A stretch of 64,000 nt of DNA from contig CAXIAX010000003.1 of the NCBI GenBank assembly GCA_964021785.1, positions 1,491-65,490 on the forward strand, written 5' to 3'. A program made the translations under genes and the position numbers. Under the pieces are notes generated by a model, which did not search any database, was not told the DNA's origin, and saw only the letters and a list, made by a program, of their open reading frames with translations. Shown in pieces: positions 39,212 to 49,786 of the stretch (positions within the stretch are counted from its first letter, which is position 1; the number at the start of each line of letters is the position of its first letter). Source of the stretch: an uncultured Flavobacteriales bacterium (GTDB taxonomy: Bacteria; Bacteroidota; Bacteroidia; Flavobacteriales_D; CAJJDF01).

Positions 39212-41464
39212 ATGAAATTAATTTCAAAACTATTTACACTTTCATTCGCACTTATAACTTGCTCGTTATCAGTTTTTGGTCAGACTAGTTTTTTACCAAA
39301 TAGTGATGTAAAAGTGATCCGAAATAGTGACACTTTAATGTTGCCATGGGCTGGAGGTCTTAACTTTGGTCAAGTATCTACAATAGATTTGAACTTAGAT
39401 GGCGTAGAAGACCTTATTGTTTTTGATAGATCAGATTATAGAGTTCATCCTTTTGTAAATATAGGATCTCCCGGACATATAAAATTTAGATATGCTCCCG
39501 AATATTCTCACATCTTCCCAAAATCTATTGGTTGGATGCTTTTAAGAGATTATAATTGTGATGGTAAAAAAGATGTGTTTTATTCTAGTTCAGGAGGTGT
39601 ATTAAGTGTAAGTAAAAACATATCTACCACCAAACTGGCTTTTGATTTGGTGAATGACAAAGTAGAGTCTGATCAATATCCTGGAGGAAATATAGGAATA
39701 TACATTCCCTCCTCTGATATACCTGCAATAGGAGATGTGGATCATGATGGAGATATTGATATTATAACATTTGGAGTTTTAGGAACTTCCCTAGAATTCC
39801 ACAGAAACTATGGTATAGAAAACTACGCAACTTGCGACTCTATAGATTTCACTTTAAAAAACTACTGTTGGGGACATTTTCAAGAAATTGGTGTTAACAC
39901 TAACAAATTAATCTTATTAGATACTTGTAATTTTAATGTTCCAAATCCTGAAAGCACAACTGGCGGAGGCTCTGGATCATCCAGACATGTAGGTTCTACA
40001 GTAACCATGTTTGATAATAATGGAGATAGCGTAATCGATTTATTATTGGGTGATGTAACCTTTAATAATATAGTAATGGCGCAAAACGGAGGAACTGCTC
40101 CTAACCAAAACACAAGTATGACGCTTCAAGATACTGCTTTCCCTTCCTATGGTGTACCAATAGATTTGACTTTATTTCCAGGGACTTTCTTAGAGGACAT
40201 AGACAATGATGGGATAAAAGATTTGATTGCTTCGCCAAACACATCTGACTTAGCTCAAAATTATGAAAGCATGTGGTATTACAAAAACTTGGGTACCAAT
40301 AACATTCCAAACTTCGAATTCATAAAAAAAGATTTATTGCAAGATGAAATGATTGAGTTGGGAGAAAACTCAATCCCTGAGTTATTTGATTATAATGCAG
40401 ATGGCTTGTTAGATTTAGTAGTATCAAGCTATGGTTATTTTAATAGAGATAGTATTACTTATGATTGTAAAATTTCTTTGTACAAAAATGTGGGTACGAC
40501 ACTAAATCCAATGTTTGAGTTTATAACAGAAGATTACCAAAACATTGCCGCTTTAAAGTTGGGAAATTCACTTCACCCAACATTTGGAGATTTGGATGGA
40601 GATGGAGATGAAGAAATGATTCTTGGAAACAGTGAAGGTTATTTACACTTATTTGACAATACTGCTGGAGCAGGAAACACTGCCAACTTCACTATCGCGA
40701 GCTATAGATTACAAGATAATAATGGCGACACTATTGATGTAGGTCAATTCTCTGCACCACAATTATTCGATTATGACAATGATGGAGATTTAGATTTAGT
40801 AATAGGAAAAGTAAACGGAAGCATTAGGTATTACAAAAACATTGGAACTACCTCTGCTTATAGTTTCCAAAAAATTACAGACAGTATGGGGAAAGTAGAA
40901 ATACATGAACCTTGGGATTTATATGGAGCTGCAACAGGATATTGCACTCCCAAATTTGTAAGAGACGGAAGCACAGTAACCCTTTATTCTGGTAGCCAGC
41001 AAGGAGGAGTTTATTCTTATTCAGGAATTAATACTGCTAATCCTTTTCAGACATATATTATTGATACTGTAATGCCAAAAGAACAAAACGGATTTAGAAC
41101 TGTGCCGGTTCTATATGATTTTAAAAATGATGGAAATATGGATATGATTCTTGGTAACGTGAAAGGAGGATTAAACTTTTACACCATGGGAGTTGGGTAT
41201 CTTGGTGTTGATAAAAACTTGCCAGAAATTGATTTTGGACTATTTCCAAATCCAACTTCTAATATTATAAACATACAGTTGGATCAGTCCATTTATAGAA
41301 ACAACACTATGAAAATTCACAACTTACTGGGAGAACTTATCGAGATAAAAACAATCTCTACTTCTAAAACCATAATTGATGTTTCTAATTACCCAAAAGG
41401 ACTTTATTTAATTACGATAAACTCTGAACAGGGAAATAAAACAAAGAGGTTTATAGTTCAGTAA
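39212..41464 (+). CDS. T9SS cargo: FG-GAP/VCBS repeat protein with type A (Por_Secre_tail) C-terminal sorting domain
   Basis: Signal peptide MKLISKLFTLSFALITCSLSVFGQ (start moved from 39014 to ATG 39212). Repeated D.D.DGD.D loops (DVDHDGDIDII, DLDGDGDEEMI, DYDNDGDLDLV, DFKNDGNMDMI). The C-terminus is LFPNPTSNIINIQL...GLYLITINSEQGNKTKRFIVQ. Confidence 0.8.
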   Translation: MKLISKLFTLSFALITCSLSVFGQTSFLPNSDVKVIRNSDTLMLPWAGGLNFGQVSTIDLNLDGVEDLIVFDRSDYRVHPFVNIGSPGHIKFRYAPEYSHIFPKSIGWMLLRDYNCDGKKDVFYSSSGGVLSVSKNISTTKLAFDLVNDKVESDQYPGGNIGIYIPSSDIPAIGDVDHDGDIDIITFGVLGTSLEFHRNYGIENYATCDSIDFTLKNYCWGHFQEIGVNTNKLILLDTCNFNVPNPESTTGGGSGSSRHVGSTVTMFDNNGDSVIDLLLGDVTFNNIVMAQNGGTAPNQNTSMTLQDTAFPSYGVPIDLTLFPGTFLEDIDNDGIKDLIASPNTSDLAQNYESMWYYKNLGTNNIPNFEFIKKDLLQDEMIELGENSIPELFDYNADGLLDLVVSSYGYFNRDSITYDCKISLYKNVGTTLNPMFEFITEDYQNIAALKLGNSLHPTFGDLDGDGDEEMILGNSEGYLHLFDNTAGAGNTANFTIASYRLQDNNGDTIDVGQFSAPQLFDYDNDGDLDLVIGKVNGSIRYYKNIGTTSAYSFQKITDSMGKVEIHEPWDLYGAATGYCTPKFVRDGSTVTLYSGSQQGGVYSYSGINTANPFQTYIIDTVMPKEQNGFRTVPVLYDFKNDGNMDMILGNVKGGLNFYTMGVGYLGVDKNLPEIDFGLFPNPTSNIINIQLDQSIYRNNTMKIHNLLGELIEIKTISTSKTIIDVSNYPKGLYLITINSEQGNKTKRFIVQ

Positions 41465-41492
41465 ATAACAGCATATAGTTACCTAAAATTAT

Positions 41493-41530
41493 AAATCCCC
41501 TTCCTGTTAGCAGAATGGGGATTTTTATTT
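41493..41530 (+). terminator. rho-independent terminator after the FG-GAP T9SS cargo gene
   Basis: aaatccccttc...gaatggggattt stem with a one-base bulge, followed by ttttatttt. Confidence 0.7.
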
Positions 41531-41576
41531 TAATAAATAATAATAATCTAGCAATAAGGACTATATAATTTTTTAC

Positions 41577-42311
41577 TTATAGATAAGGATACTCAATCTT
41601 AGACAAAAACAAAGCTGTACCGTCCACAGATTTACCTGCATTTTGTCTATTCATAGATACTATAATTTCATCAAAATCGGTTAAACTAACTCTACCTCTA
41701 CCCACATCTACAAGAGTTCCCACAATTGCCCTTACCATGTTTCTAAGAAATCTATCAGCCGTAATTGTAAATTTGTATTGCCCGTTTTCTAGGTAAGAAA
41801 CTTCAGCAAAAGACACGTCACAATTATTGGTATACGCATCAGAATGAAGCTTACTAAAGGAAGTGAAATCTGTAATAGAAAGTAATTTACTAGCTGCCTT
41901 ATTCATCAGGTCAATATCTAAATTGGCAGAAATGTAATAAGAAAAATCACCTAAAAAAGGATTCAATTTGGTATGAAAAAAATAATCGTAAGTACGAGCA
42001 GTTGCATCAAATCTAGAATGAGCATCAGAATGTAATTTAATAATATCTTCTATCACAATAGAATCTGGCAGAACCCCATTCAGTTTGTAAACCAAATTAT
42101 CAATTAAATTTTCTGCATCAAAATGAGCATAAAACTGAGAAGCATTTACTCCCGTATCCGTCCTACCACAACCCGTTACTTTAATCTCAGTTCTATTCAA
42201 CAAACTCAATGCCTTATTCAATTCACCCTGCACAGTAATAGCATTATTCTGGATTTGCCATCCGTGAAAATCTTTACCGTTAAAAGCTAATTGTATGAAA
42301 TATCTAGTCAA
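41577..42311 (-). CDS. truA: tRNA pseudouridine(38-40) synthase TruA
   Basis: RYFIQLAFNGKDFHGWQIQ, the catalytic GCGRTDTGVNA, and RFLRNMVRAIVGTL. Apparent TTG start. Confidence 0.9.
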   Translation of the reverse strand: MTRYFIQLAFNGKDFHGWQIQNNAITVQGELNKALSLLNRTEIKVTGCGRTDTGVNASQFYAHFDAENLIDNLVYKLNGVLPDSIVIEDIIKLHSDAHSRFDATARTYDYFFHTKLNPFLGDFSYYISANLDIDLMNKAASKLLSITDFTSFSKLHSDAYTNNCDVSFAEVSYLENGQYKFTITADRFLRNMVRAIVGTLVDVGRGRVSLTDFDEIIVSMNRQNAGKSVDGTALFLSKIEYPYL

Positions 42312-42519
42312 TTAAAATCGTTTTGTTACAAGTATTGCAAAGATAGAAACTTCTGTTTAAAATAGAATTTCAAATCCTTTTCATTGTCACATATGATAAT
42401 GAGTATAGTACAACCACAGCCTCATTGTTCCTATGTAAATTCTTACTTTCATAGTAATGACACATAAAAACAAAGCGATTGAAACAATTTATCCGTACAT
42501 TTAATAAAAATAAAACAAA

Positions 42520-42615
42520 ATGGGAAAAGGAAAAGATGCTAAGAAAGCAGTAAAAAAAGAAGCTACTAAATCATTGAAAGAAAAAAGAGCAGAGAAAAAA
42601 GCAAAAAAGAACTAA
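42520..42615 (+). CDS. possible 31-aa lysine-rich small protein
   Basis: My translation is MGKGKDAKKAVKKEATKSLKEKRAEKKAKKN. It is below the ORF-track size cutoff. Coding status is uncertain. Confidence 0.3.
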   Translation: MGKGKDAKKAVKKEATKSLKEKRAEKKAKKN

Positions 42616-42669
42616 AACCTGTTACTTTTTGGAATAGTTGAATTATATAACCAAACAAAATCAACTATT

Positions 42670-42861
42670 ATGAAAAACTCAACAAACTTATTCGGATTTT
42701 TAGCTTCATTTATGATTAGTACTGGAGTACTTTTCAAAATATTTCATTGGCCTTATGCAGGCGTAATTTTATTTGCAGGCTTTCTAATTTTTAATCTAGG
42801 ATTTTTACCACTCTATTTCTTCAACAAAAAGAAACAGAATAAAGTAGAAATTTCGAAATAA
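42670..42861 (+). CDS. small two-TM membrane protein, unknown function
   Basis: 63 aa. GVLFKIFHWPYAGVILFAGFLIF, with a basic C-terminus. Confidence 0.45.
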   Translation: MKNSTNLFGFLASFMISTGVLFKIFHWPYAGVILFAGFLIFNLGFLPLYFFNKKKQNKVEISK

Positions 42862-42897
42862 AAAAGCTAAAACATTTGATAAACGAAAAGGTTTTAC

Positions 42898-42905
42898 TAT
42901 TTTTG
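42898..42905 (+). promoter_or_regulatory. -7 box TAnnTTTG upstream of rplU
   Basis: tatttttg lies 31 nt before ATG 42936. Confidence 0.45.
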
Positions 42906-42935
42906 CAATCCGAATAAATAAAAAACAAATTAATT

Positions 42936-43244
42936 ATGTACGCAATTGTAGAAATAGCAGGGCAACAATTTAAAGTTGTGAAAGACCAGACGCTTTTCGT
43001 TCACAGATTGCAAGACGAAGAAGGAAGTACAGTTACTTTCGACAAAGTTTTGTTAACTGATAATGACGGTAAAGTTACTCTTGGCGCCCCGGCTATCAAA
43101 GGTGCTTCAATAACTGCAAAGGTTGAAGAACACCTGAAAGGTGATAAAGTAATCATCTTTAAAAAGAAAAGAAGAAAAGGATATAAACTAAAGAAAGGTC
43201 ACAGACAGTATTTGACAAAACTTACTGTAACGGCAATTTCATAA
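42936..43244 (+). CDS. rplU: 50S ribosomal protein L21
   Basis: MYAIVEIAGQQFKV...KKRRKGYKLKKGHRQ. Confidence 0.95.
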   Translation: MYAIVEIAGQQFKVVKDQTLFVHRLQDEEGSTVTFDKVLLTDNDGKVTLGAPAIKGASITAKVEEHLKGDKVIIFKKKRRKGYKLKKGHRQYLTKLTVTAIS

Positions 43245-43256
43245 AAATTAATAGAT

Positions 43257-43517
43257 ATGGCTCATAAGAAAGGTGCTGGTAGTTCGAATAACGGAAGAGA
43301 ATCAGAATCAAAACGATTAGGTGTAAAGATTTTTGGTGGACAAGCTGCAATAGCTGGTAACATCATCATACGCCAAAGAGGAACAAAACACCATGCTTCT
43401 ACTAATGTAGGGATGGGAAAAGACCATACTTTATTTGCTAAAGCTGATGGTATAGTAACTTTTACTAAGAAAAAAGACAACAGATCATTTGTATCTGTAG
43501 TTCCTTTCGAAAACTAA
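43257..43517 (+). CDS. rpmA: 50S ribosomal protein L27
   Basis: [24 protein letters not shown]...[11 protein letters not shown]. Confidence 0.95.
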   Translation: MAHKKGAGSSNNGRESESKRLGVKIFGGQAAIAGNIIIRQRGTKHHASTNVGMGKDHTLFAKADGIVTFTKKKDNRSFVSVVPFEN

Positions 43518-43541
43518 AAGATTACATTTTAAATAATTTAG

Positions 43542-43576
43542 GCATCAATTCTGTTTTCAGAATTGATGCTTTTTTT
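43542..43576 (+). terminator. rho-independent terminator after rplU-rpmA
   Basis: gcatcaattctg tttt cagaattgatgc is a perfect 12-bp stem followed by T7. Confidence 0.9.
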
Positions 43577-43612
43577 GTGGTTATTATTTTGTGATTAGTC
43601 GTATATTTGAAC

Positions 43613-44302
43613 ATGGAACAAGGAGAAACAGTAATTTCGATAAAAGGTGGTAAAATTTTCTACAAAGATCATTTGGTTCTTAGCTCTATTGATATAGAAT
43701 TGAAGAAAGGTGAATTTGCTTATTTGATAGGAAAAACAGGGAGTGGAAAGAGTTCTTTGCTTGACGCTATCTATGGAGAAATAAAACTAGCCGAAGGAAA
43801 AGCTAATGCTGTAGGTTTTGATTTAATGAAATTAAAAACCAAAGACGTTCCCATGCTTAGAAGAAGAATTGGAAATGTATTTCAAGATTTTAAATTATTA
43901 TACGACAGAACTGTCTATGAAAACTTGAGATTTGTACTAGAAGCAACCGATTGGAAAGGAAAGAAAAAAATTGACGAACAAATTTTCAAAGTCCTAAAAA
44001 TGGTAGGTATTACAGGTAAAGAAAATAATTACCCTCATCAATTATCGGGAGGAGAACAACAAAGAGTTTCTATTGCTAGAGCTTTACTAAATGAGCCCGA
44101 TTTAATTATTGCTGATGAACCTACTGGAAGCTTAGATCCAGAAACTGCTAGAGAAATTATGGATCTTTTAATCAATATATCTCAGCAAGGTGTAACTATA
44201 TTTATGGCTACACACCATTACAAGACAATTGAAATGTACCCTGGTAAAATTTTCCAATGTGTAAATAATCAAGCCAAAGAAATGGCAATCAAATACAGCT
44301 AA
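43613..44302 (+). CDS. ftsE: FtsE-like cell-division ABC ATPase
   Basis: Walker [38 protein letters not shown]. About 229 aa with no fused permease. ATG 43613 is preferred over the track TTG at 43607. Confidence 0.7.
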   Translation: MEQGETVISIKGGKIFYKDHLVLSSIDIELKKGEFAYLIGKTGSGKSSLLDAIYGEIKLAEGKANAVGFDLMKLKTKDVPMLRRRIGNVFQDFKLLYDRTVYENLRFVLEATDWKGKKKIDEQIFKVLKMVGITGKENNYPHQLSGGEQQRVSIARALLNEPDLIIADEPTGSLDPETAREIMDLLINISQQGVTIFMATHHYKTIEMYPGKIFQCVNNQAKEMAIKYS

Positions 44303-45097
44303 ATGATCGATTATAAAAACAAAACCGTTTGGATAACTGGAGCAAGTTCAGGAATTGGAAGAGCTTTGGCTATTCATTTCTCTGCCATTGGCGCCAATGT
44401 TATACTATCGGCACGTAACAGTGAAAAATTATTAGAAACACTTAATCAATGTCCAGTACAAGAAAATATTAGATTATTGCCTCTAGATTTAGAGGATTAT
44501 GAAAGTGTGGGAAGAAAAGTAGATACAGCTCTTGCCCTATTCAAAGGAGTTGATTTATTGATAAACAATGGAGGAATTAGCCAAAGAGGATTGGCTGTAG
44601 AAACTCCAATATTAGTAGATAAAAAAATTATAGATGTAAATTACTTTGGTACTGTAGCCTTGACAAAAGCAATACTTCCTCATTTTATTGCTAAAAAATC
44701 AGGCCAAATTGCAGTAACATCAAGTGTGGTAGGAAAATACGGATCTCCAGTTCGTACTTCCTATGCTGCATCAAAACATGCTATTCACGGTTTTTTTGAC
44801 AGCTTAAGAGCAGAGGTGCACCAATACAATATTGGAGTAACCATAATTTGCCCAGGGCCAATAAATACCAATATATCGGAAAATGCCATTACGGCAAACG
44901 GTAAAAGACAAAACAAGAAAGATGATGCAATTGCAGGAGGAATTTCTCCTGATGTACTTGCAAAAAAATACATAAAAGCCTTACAAAAAAATAAACAAGA
45001 AGCCTGGATAGGTAAAAAAGAAGTGTTTGCTATTTATATCAAAAGATTCTTCCCTACTCTATTCTCCAGGATAATCAGAAACGTAAAAGTAACTTGA
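44303..45097 (+). CDS. short-chain dehydrogenase/reductase (SDR) family oxidoreductase
   Basis: TGASSGIGRA, NNGG and YAASKHA catalytic motifs. Confidence 0.85.
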   Translation: MIDYKNKTVWITGASSGIGRALAIHFSAIGANVILSARNSEKLLETLNQCPVQENIRLLPLDLEDYESVGRKVDTALALFKGVDLLINNGGISQRGLAVETPILVDKKIIDVNYFGTVALTKAILPHFIAKKSGQIAVTSSVVGKYGSPVRTSYAASKHAIHGFFDSLRAEVHQYNIGVTIICPGPINTNISENAITANGKRQNKKDDAIAGGISPDVLAKKYIKALQKNKQEAWIGKKEVFAIYIKRFFPTLFSRIIRNVKVT

Positions 45098-45999
45098 AAA
45101 ATAAAACATTAATTACCATTGTTGGACCAACAGCAATCGGAAAAACAGCATTCTCGGTAAAATTAGCTAAAGAGCACAATACCGAAATTATTTCAGCAGA
45201 TTCGCGTCAATTCTTTAAGGAAATGAGCATAGGAACTGCAAAACCTACCAAAGAAGAAATGGACGGAGTTCCTCATCACTTTGTAGATTTCTTACCTGTA
45301 GATGAATTTTACACAGCTGGGAAATTTGAAAATGATGTAATAGCAAAATTAGGCGAACTATTCAAAACTCACGATACTGTGGTAATGACAGGTGGATCTG
45401 GATTGTATGTAAATGCTGTATGGAGTGGAATTGATGAAATGCCTGGTGATGCAGAAATAAGAGCAGAACTTAACGCAGAATTGAAAGAGCACGGATTGAG
45501 GTTTTTACAACAAAAACTTAAGAAACTTGATTACGATCATTACCGTGCAATGGACAAAAGAAATCCACAAAGAGTAATACGTGCTATTGAAGTATGTTTA
45601 GTTACTGGAAAAAAATACTCTGACCTAAGATTCAAAACAGCTAAAGAAAGAGATTTCAATATTGTGAAAATTGGATTGACTGCAGACAGAGAATTAATGT
45701 ACGACAGAATAAACAAAAGAGTGGACATTATGGTGGAAAACGGATTGGTAGAAGAAGCTAAAGCTTTATTGCCAAAACGTGAATTAAACTCTCTAAATAC
45801 TGTTGGATACAAAGAATTATTTTCTCATTTTGATGATGAAACTACTTTGGAATTTGCCATTGATAAAATTAAACAAAACACACGTAACTTTGCCAAAAGA
45901 CAATTAACTTGGTTCAAAAAAGACAAAGAAACAAAGTGGTTTGATATTGCAGAAATGGATAAAATTGCTGATTATATCTCAAAATCTGAAGAGGAATAA
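45094..45999 (+). CDS. miaA: tRNA dimethylallyltransferase
   Basis: IVGPTAIGKT, ISADSRQFFKEMSIGTAKP and VPHHFVD. Overlaps the SDR gene by 4 nt. Confidence 0.9.
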   Translation: MKNKTLITIVGPTAIGKTAFSVKLAKEHNTEIISADSRQFFKEMSIGTAKPTKEEMDGVPHHFVDFLPVDEFYTAGKFENDVIAKLGELFKTHDTVVMTGGSGLYVNAVWSGIDEMPGDAEIRAELNAELKEHGLRFLQQKLKKLDYDHYRAMDKRNPQRVIRAIEVCLVTGKKYSDLRFKTAKERDFNIVKIGLTADRELMYDRINKRVDIMVENGLVEEAKALLPKRELNSLNTVGYKELFSHFDDETTLEFAIDKIKQNTRNFAKRQLTWFKKDKETKWFDIAEMDKIADYISKSEEE

Positions 46000-46030
46000 T
46001 TAACTTTAGTTAAACTTATATTTAGCCAAA

Positions 46031-47011
46031 ATGAAAAAGAACATTGCAATAATTGCTGGTGGTTACTCTAGCGAATTGGAAATTTCACTTAAAAGTGTTG
46101 AAACTATTCATGCCAATCTTCCGAAAGATAAATACAACTCTTATGTTGTAATTGTAAATTCGCAAGGTTGGAATGTGAGACACAATGAAGCTTTATTTAC
46201 TATCGATAAAAATGATTTTTCATTTACAAAAGATGGTAAAAAGATAAATTTTGACTGTGCCTATTTAACTATTCATGGTACACCTGGAGAAGACGGAAAA
46301 CTACAAGGGTATTTTGATATGATGGGTATTCCTTATAACTCTTGCAACCAAAAAACATCTGCATTAACTTTTGATAAATGGTTATGTAATCAAGTGCTAT
46401 TAAATAATGGAATAAGTTGTGCTAAATCTGTTTTGCTAAACGATAGATCTGAAATGTATAATACCAAACAGATCGTTACAGAATTGGGACTTCCTTGCTT
46501 TGTTAAACCAAATGATGGAGGATCAAGCTTTGGAATTTCTAAAGTGAAAGAAACAGTACAGTTAATACCTGCAATAAACAGGGCATTTACCGAAGGGAAT
46601 GAAGTTATGATTGAATCATTTCTTGATGGAACCGAAGTTACTTGCGCCTGTTATAAAGATGGTGACAAACTAAAAACTTTACCACTTATAGAGATTGTAA
46701 GTGAAACTGAGTTTTTTGATTATGAAGCCAAATACGAAGGATTATCTCAAGAGATTTGTCCTGCTAGAGTTGATGATACTGTGAGAGATGAAGTGCAAGA
46801 GCTAACAAAAAAAATATACCAATTACTGGGACTTAAAGGATTAATAAGAATTGACTTTATGTTGGTCAATAATAAGCCATCAGTAATAGAAATTAATACA
46901 GCTCCTGGAATGAGTGCAGAGAGCTTGGTACCAAAAATGGTGAAACAAGAAGACAACTTAGATTTATCTGTTCTTTTTGATAAAATCATTCAAGAGGCAT
47001 TGAAACAATAA
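46031..47011 (+). CDS. ddl: D-alanine--D-alanine ligase
   Basis: IIAGGYSSELEISLKS, HGTPGEDGKLQGYF, the ATP-grasp FVKPNDGGSSFGISKV, and EINTAPGM. Confidence 0.9.
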   Translation: MKKNIAIIAGGYSSELEISLKSVETIHANLPKDKYNSYVVIVNSQGWNVRHNEALFTIDKNDFSFTKDGKKINFDCAYLTIHGTPGEDGKLQGYFDMMGIPYNSCNQKTSALTFDKWLCNQVLLNNGISCAKSVLLNDRSEMYNTKQIVTELGLPCFVKPNDGGSSFGISKVKETVQLIPAINRAFTEGNEVMIESFLDGTEVTCACYKDGDKLKTLPLIEIVSETEFFDYEAKYEGLSQEICPARVDDTVRDEVQELTKKIYQLLGLKGLIRIDFMLVNNKPSVIEINTAPGMSAESLVPKMVKQEDNLDLSVLFDKIIQEALKQ

Positions 47012-47111
47012 CTACTAAACTTGTATAGATTTACTATATTTTAGATTCTAGATTAATCTCTTGTAAAACAAAAAATTGTACATTAGTACTTGAATAAAAA
47101 TTTAAATTTAA

Positions 47112-48146
47112 ATGAATAAATTATTTTACCTAATAGGCTTAATTTTAATATCATATAGCTGTAAAACAGATTTTGAAATCAATGCGCCTTACGAAAAAAT
47201 CCCTATCATTTTTGGAGTTTTGGACCAAAGTGCCGATACACAATTCATTAAAATAAACAAAAGTTTTTTAGGTACAAACAATACTTCTTATGCGAGCATA
47301 AACGATTCAATGTATTTTGATAACGTAAATGTAAGAATAGAAGAAATAGATGACAATGGAACTATTAATAGAGTATTTTCTCTACAAGAAAAAACAGTAC
47401 CTGTTGCCGCAGGATCTGGAATATTCTTTACTGGTCAGCAAAAGGTATATTATTTTACAGAAACACTAGACGAAACAAAATCATATAGAATAATTGGAGA
47501 CGGAGACGGACAACCTTTTTCAGCTACTACAAATCTAATCTCAGATTTTACATTTGATAACCAGTTTAGAACTGCATTTAATTCTCCTTTGGGAATTGGA
47601 TGGTACAACTCTGGTGTATACACTAATATTGATCCTAAATGGAATCAATCTCCAGAAGGAAAATCTTATGATGTATCTATTCGTTTTAACTACACAGAAT
47701 ACAGAAACGGTAATGTGGTGCCATTATTTATAGATTGGTACGTAGGAAGTAGCAATTACACAAGTAGCGGGCAACTGTCGTTACAAACTAATGCTAGGAG
47801 TTTCTTTGCATACTTATCAAACAATGCTCAACTACAAGATACTGTTGGTGTCACTAAAAGAGTTATTGGTAAAGTTGAAATTAGAATTACTTCTGTGAAT
47901 CAAATTCTTGAAACGTATATTGATGTGAATAAACCAAACAACAATATCTCATTTGATAAACCTGATTATACAAACATTGAAGGAGGAAGAGGAGTTTTTG
48001 GTAGTAGATACACTATTAAATTAGAGTCTAACAAGAAATTTAATGAAAAGACAACCGAGCACATGCATGGCGGAATATACACAAGTGCCTTGCTGTTTTG
48101 TTCTGATGAAGCAGCCTGGAATACAGAAGTTTATTACTGTCCTTGA
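47112..48146 (+). CDS. lipoprotein of unknown function
   Basis: 344 aa with lipobox ILISYSCK. I recognise no family with confidence. Confidence 0.5.
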   Translation: MNKLFYLIGLILISYSCKTDFEINAPYEKIPIIFGVLDQSADTQFIKINKSFLGTNNTSYASINDSMYFDNVNVRIEEIDDNGTINRVFSLQEKTVPVAAGSGIFFTGQQKVYYFTETLDETKSYRIIGDGDGQPFSATTNLISDFTFDNQFRTAFNSPLGIGWYNSGVYTNIDPKWNQSPEGKSYDVSIRFNYTEYRNGNVVPLFIDWYVGSSNYTSSGQLSLQTNARSFFAYLSNNAQLQDTVGVTKRVIGKVEIRITSVNQILETYIDVNKPNNNISFDKPDYTNIEGGRGVFGSRYTIKLESNKKFNEKTTEHMHGGIYTSALLFCSDEAAWNTEVYYCP

Positions 48147-48172
48147 TTTCAATAGATTAAATCTCTTTTACT

Positions 48173-48271
48173 ATGGAAATTGATGTTGTACAATTCGTTC
48201 AAATATTTGCCTTAATAGGAATTTGCACGTTTTTACTTTGGTTATTGTTTAGAAGTAAGAAAAAGAAATAA
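48173..48271 (+). CDS. possible 32-aa single-TM peptide
   Basis: My translation is MEIDVVQFVQIFALIGICTFLLWLLFRSKKKK: a hydrophobic helix plus a basic tail. It is below the track cutoff. Confidence 0.25.
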   Translation: MEIDVVQFVQIFALIGICTFLLWLLFRSKKKK

Positions 48272-48275
48272 GCTC

Positions 48276-49199
48276 TTATTCTACCGTATAAGTGGCCAAT
48301 TCCTTGGTAATCTCTACGTTTTCAAATTCTATTTTTACTTCCTTTATGAAGTTTTCATGGTGTTTTTCGTCATACCTTGCCGAGAAATGACCAATCAATA
48401 ACTTTCCTACTTTTGCCTGCTTTGCAATACTTCCTGCTTGTTCTGCTGTAGAATGAAAAGTCTTTTTTGCCAAAGCAATTTCTTTGTTCAAAAATGTAGT
48501 TTCGTGATACAAAATAGATGCATTCTCTATAACTGGAATTATTTTTTCTCTATAGGCTGTATCAGAACAAAATGCATAACTTCTTGATTTTTCTGGAGGG
48601 AAAGTTAACTTACTATTCTCAATTACTTCTCCATCCTTTGTTACAAAATCGGCTCCCGCTTTTATATTTTGAATTTCATAGTGAGGAACTTCATAAAATT
48701 TCAATTTTTCTGCTTTTGCTTTTTGTGGAATTGGTTTTTCATTAAACAAAAATCCATTGGTAGTAATCTTATGTTTTAAGGGAATTGTAAATACTTGCAT
48801 ATTTTTATCCTCCATTATCAATTCGCTTTCTTTGTTCTCAAGAACCTTGTAATTTACTTTAAATCGAAGCTTGGTATAAGAAGCCCTTAATTGTACATTA
48901 ATGATTTCTTCTAGCTCTTTTGGTGCATAAATATTCAACTCTGCCACACGACCTAGCAAATGCATAGAAGAAATTAATCCTACCAATCCAAAATAATGAT
49001 CTCCGTGTAAATGTGAAATAAAAATATGATTGATTTTAAGAAAACTTACTTTCGCTTTTCTTAATTGAACTTGAGTTCCCTCACCACAATCTACCAAAAA
49101 ATATTTGTTGGAATAATGAATCAACTGAGAAGTTGGCCTTTTTTGAATAGTTGGTAATGCACTTCCACTTCCTAATATGGTGACCTCAAATTTTTCCAT
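48276..49199 (-). CDS. rnz: ribonuclease Z (metallo-beta-lactamase fold)
   Basis: ILGSGSALPT, FLVDCGEGTQ and SHLHGDHYFGL. Confidence 0.85.
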   Translation of the reverse strand: MEKFEVTILGSGSALPTIQKRPTSQLIHYSNKYFLVDCGEGTQVQLRKAKVSFLKINHIFISHLHGDHYFGLVGLISSMHLLGRVAELNIYAPKELEEIINVQLRASYTKLRFKVNYKVLENKESELIMEDKNMQVFTIPLKHKITTNGFLFNEKPIPQKAKAEKLKFYEVPHYEIQNIKAGADFVTKDGEVIENSKLTFPPEKSRSYAFCSDTAYREKIIPVIENASILYHETTFLNKEIALAKKTFHSTAEQAGSIAKQAKVGKLLIGHFSARYDEKHHENFIKEVKIEFENVEITKELATYTVE

Positions 49200-49207
49200 T
49201 TCCTTTT

Positions 49208-49786
49208 CTATTTTATCAATTTTGTCACCTCATTATATCTAAAACAATCAGTAGTATGATCATTTATCATACCCACAGCTTGCATAAAAGCATAACAAAT
49301 TGTGGAACCCACAAATTTGAATCCTCTTTTCTTCAAATCCTTACTCATTGCATCAGACTGAGCAGAAGTAACAATTGCCTCACTCCTATCCTTAATTGCA
49401 TTTTTTATTACTTTTCCATCCACAAATCCCCATAGATAGTCAGAAAAACTTCCTACTTCTTTCTCTATTTCAAGATAAGCTTTTGCATTGGTAATGGCAG
49501 CTCTTATTTTTAGTTTGTTTCTTACGATAGCCGGATTAACTATCAACTCCTGAATTTTATCTTCAGAATACAAAGCCATTTTATCTGGATTTAATCCATC
49601 AAACGCCTCGTAATACCCGTCCATTTTTTTTAGAATAGTAATCCAACTAAGACCTGCTTGGGCACCATCCAAAATTAATTTTGCAAATAATTCTTTGCTG
49701 TCATATACAGGTACTCCCCAGTGTGTATCATGATAATCCATATAAATTGGATCTGATCCACACCAAGTACATCTAATTTTCATCAA
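49208..49786 (-). CDS. tag: DNA-3-methyladenine glycosylase I
   Basis: RCTWCGSDPIYMDYHDTHWGVP, GLSWITILKK and the C-terminal HTTDCF zinc site. Confidence 0.9.
   Translation of the reverse strand: MMKIRCTWCGSDPIYMDYHDTHWGVPVYDSKELFAKLILDGAQAGLSWITILKKMDGYYEAFDGLNPDKMALYSEDKIQELIVNPAIVRNKLKIRAAITNAKAYLEIEKEVGSFSDYLWGFVDGKVIKNAIKDRSEAIVTSAQSDAMSKDLKKRGFKFVGSTICYAFMQAVGMINDHTTDCFRYNEVTKLIK

Noticed and set aside
43602-43609. TAtaTTTG box as the promoter of the ftsE-like gene
   Set aside because: The motif overlaps the candidate start codons (TTG 43607, ATG 43613). A transcript starting a few nt downstream would lack the start codon or be leaderless, so it is not safe to call.
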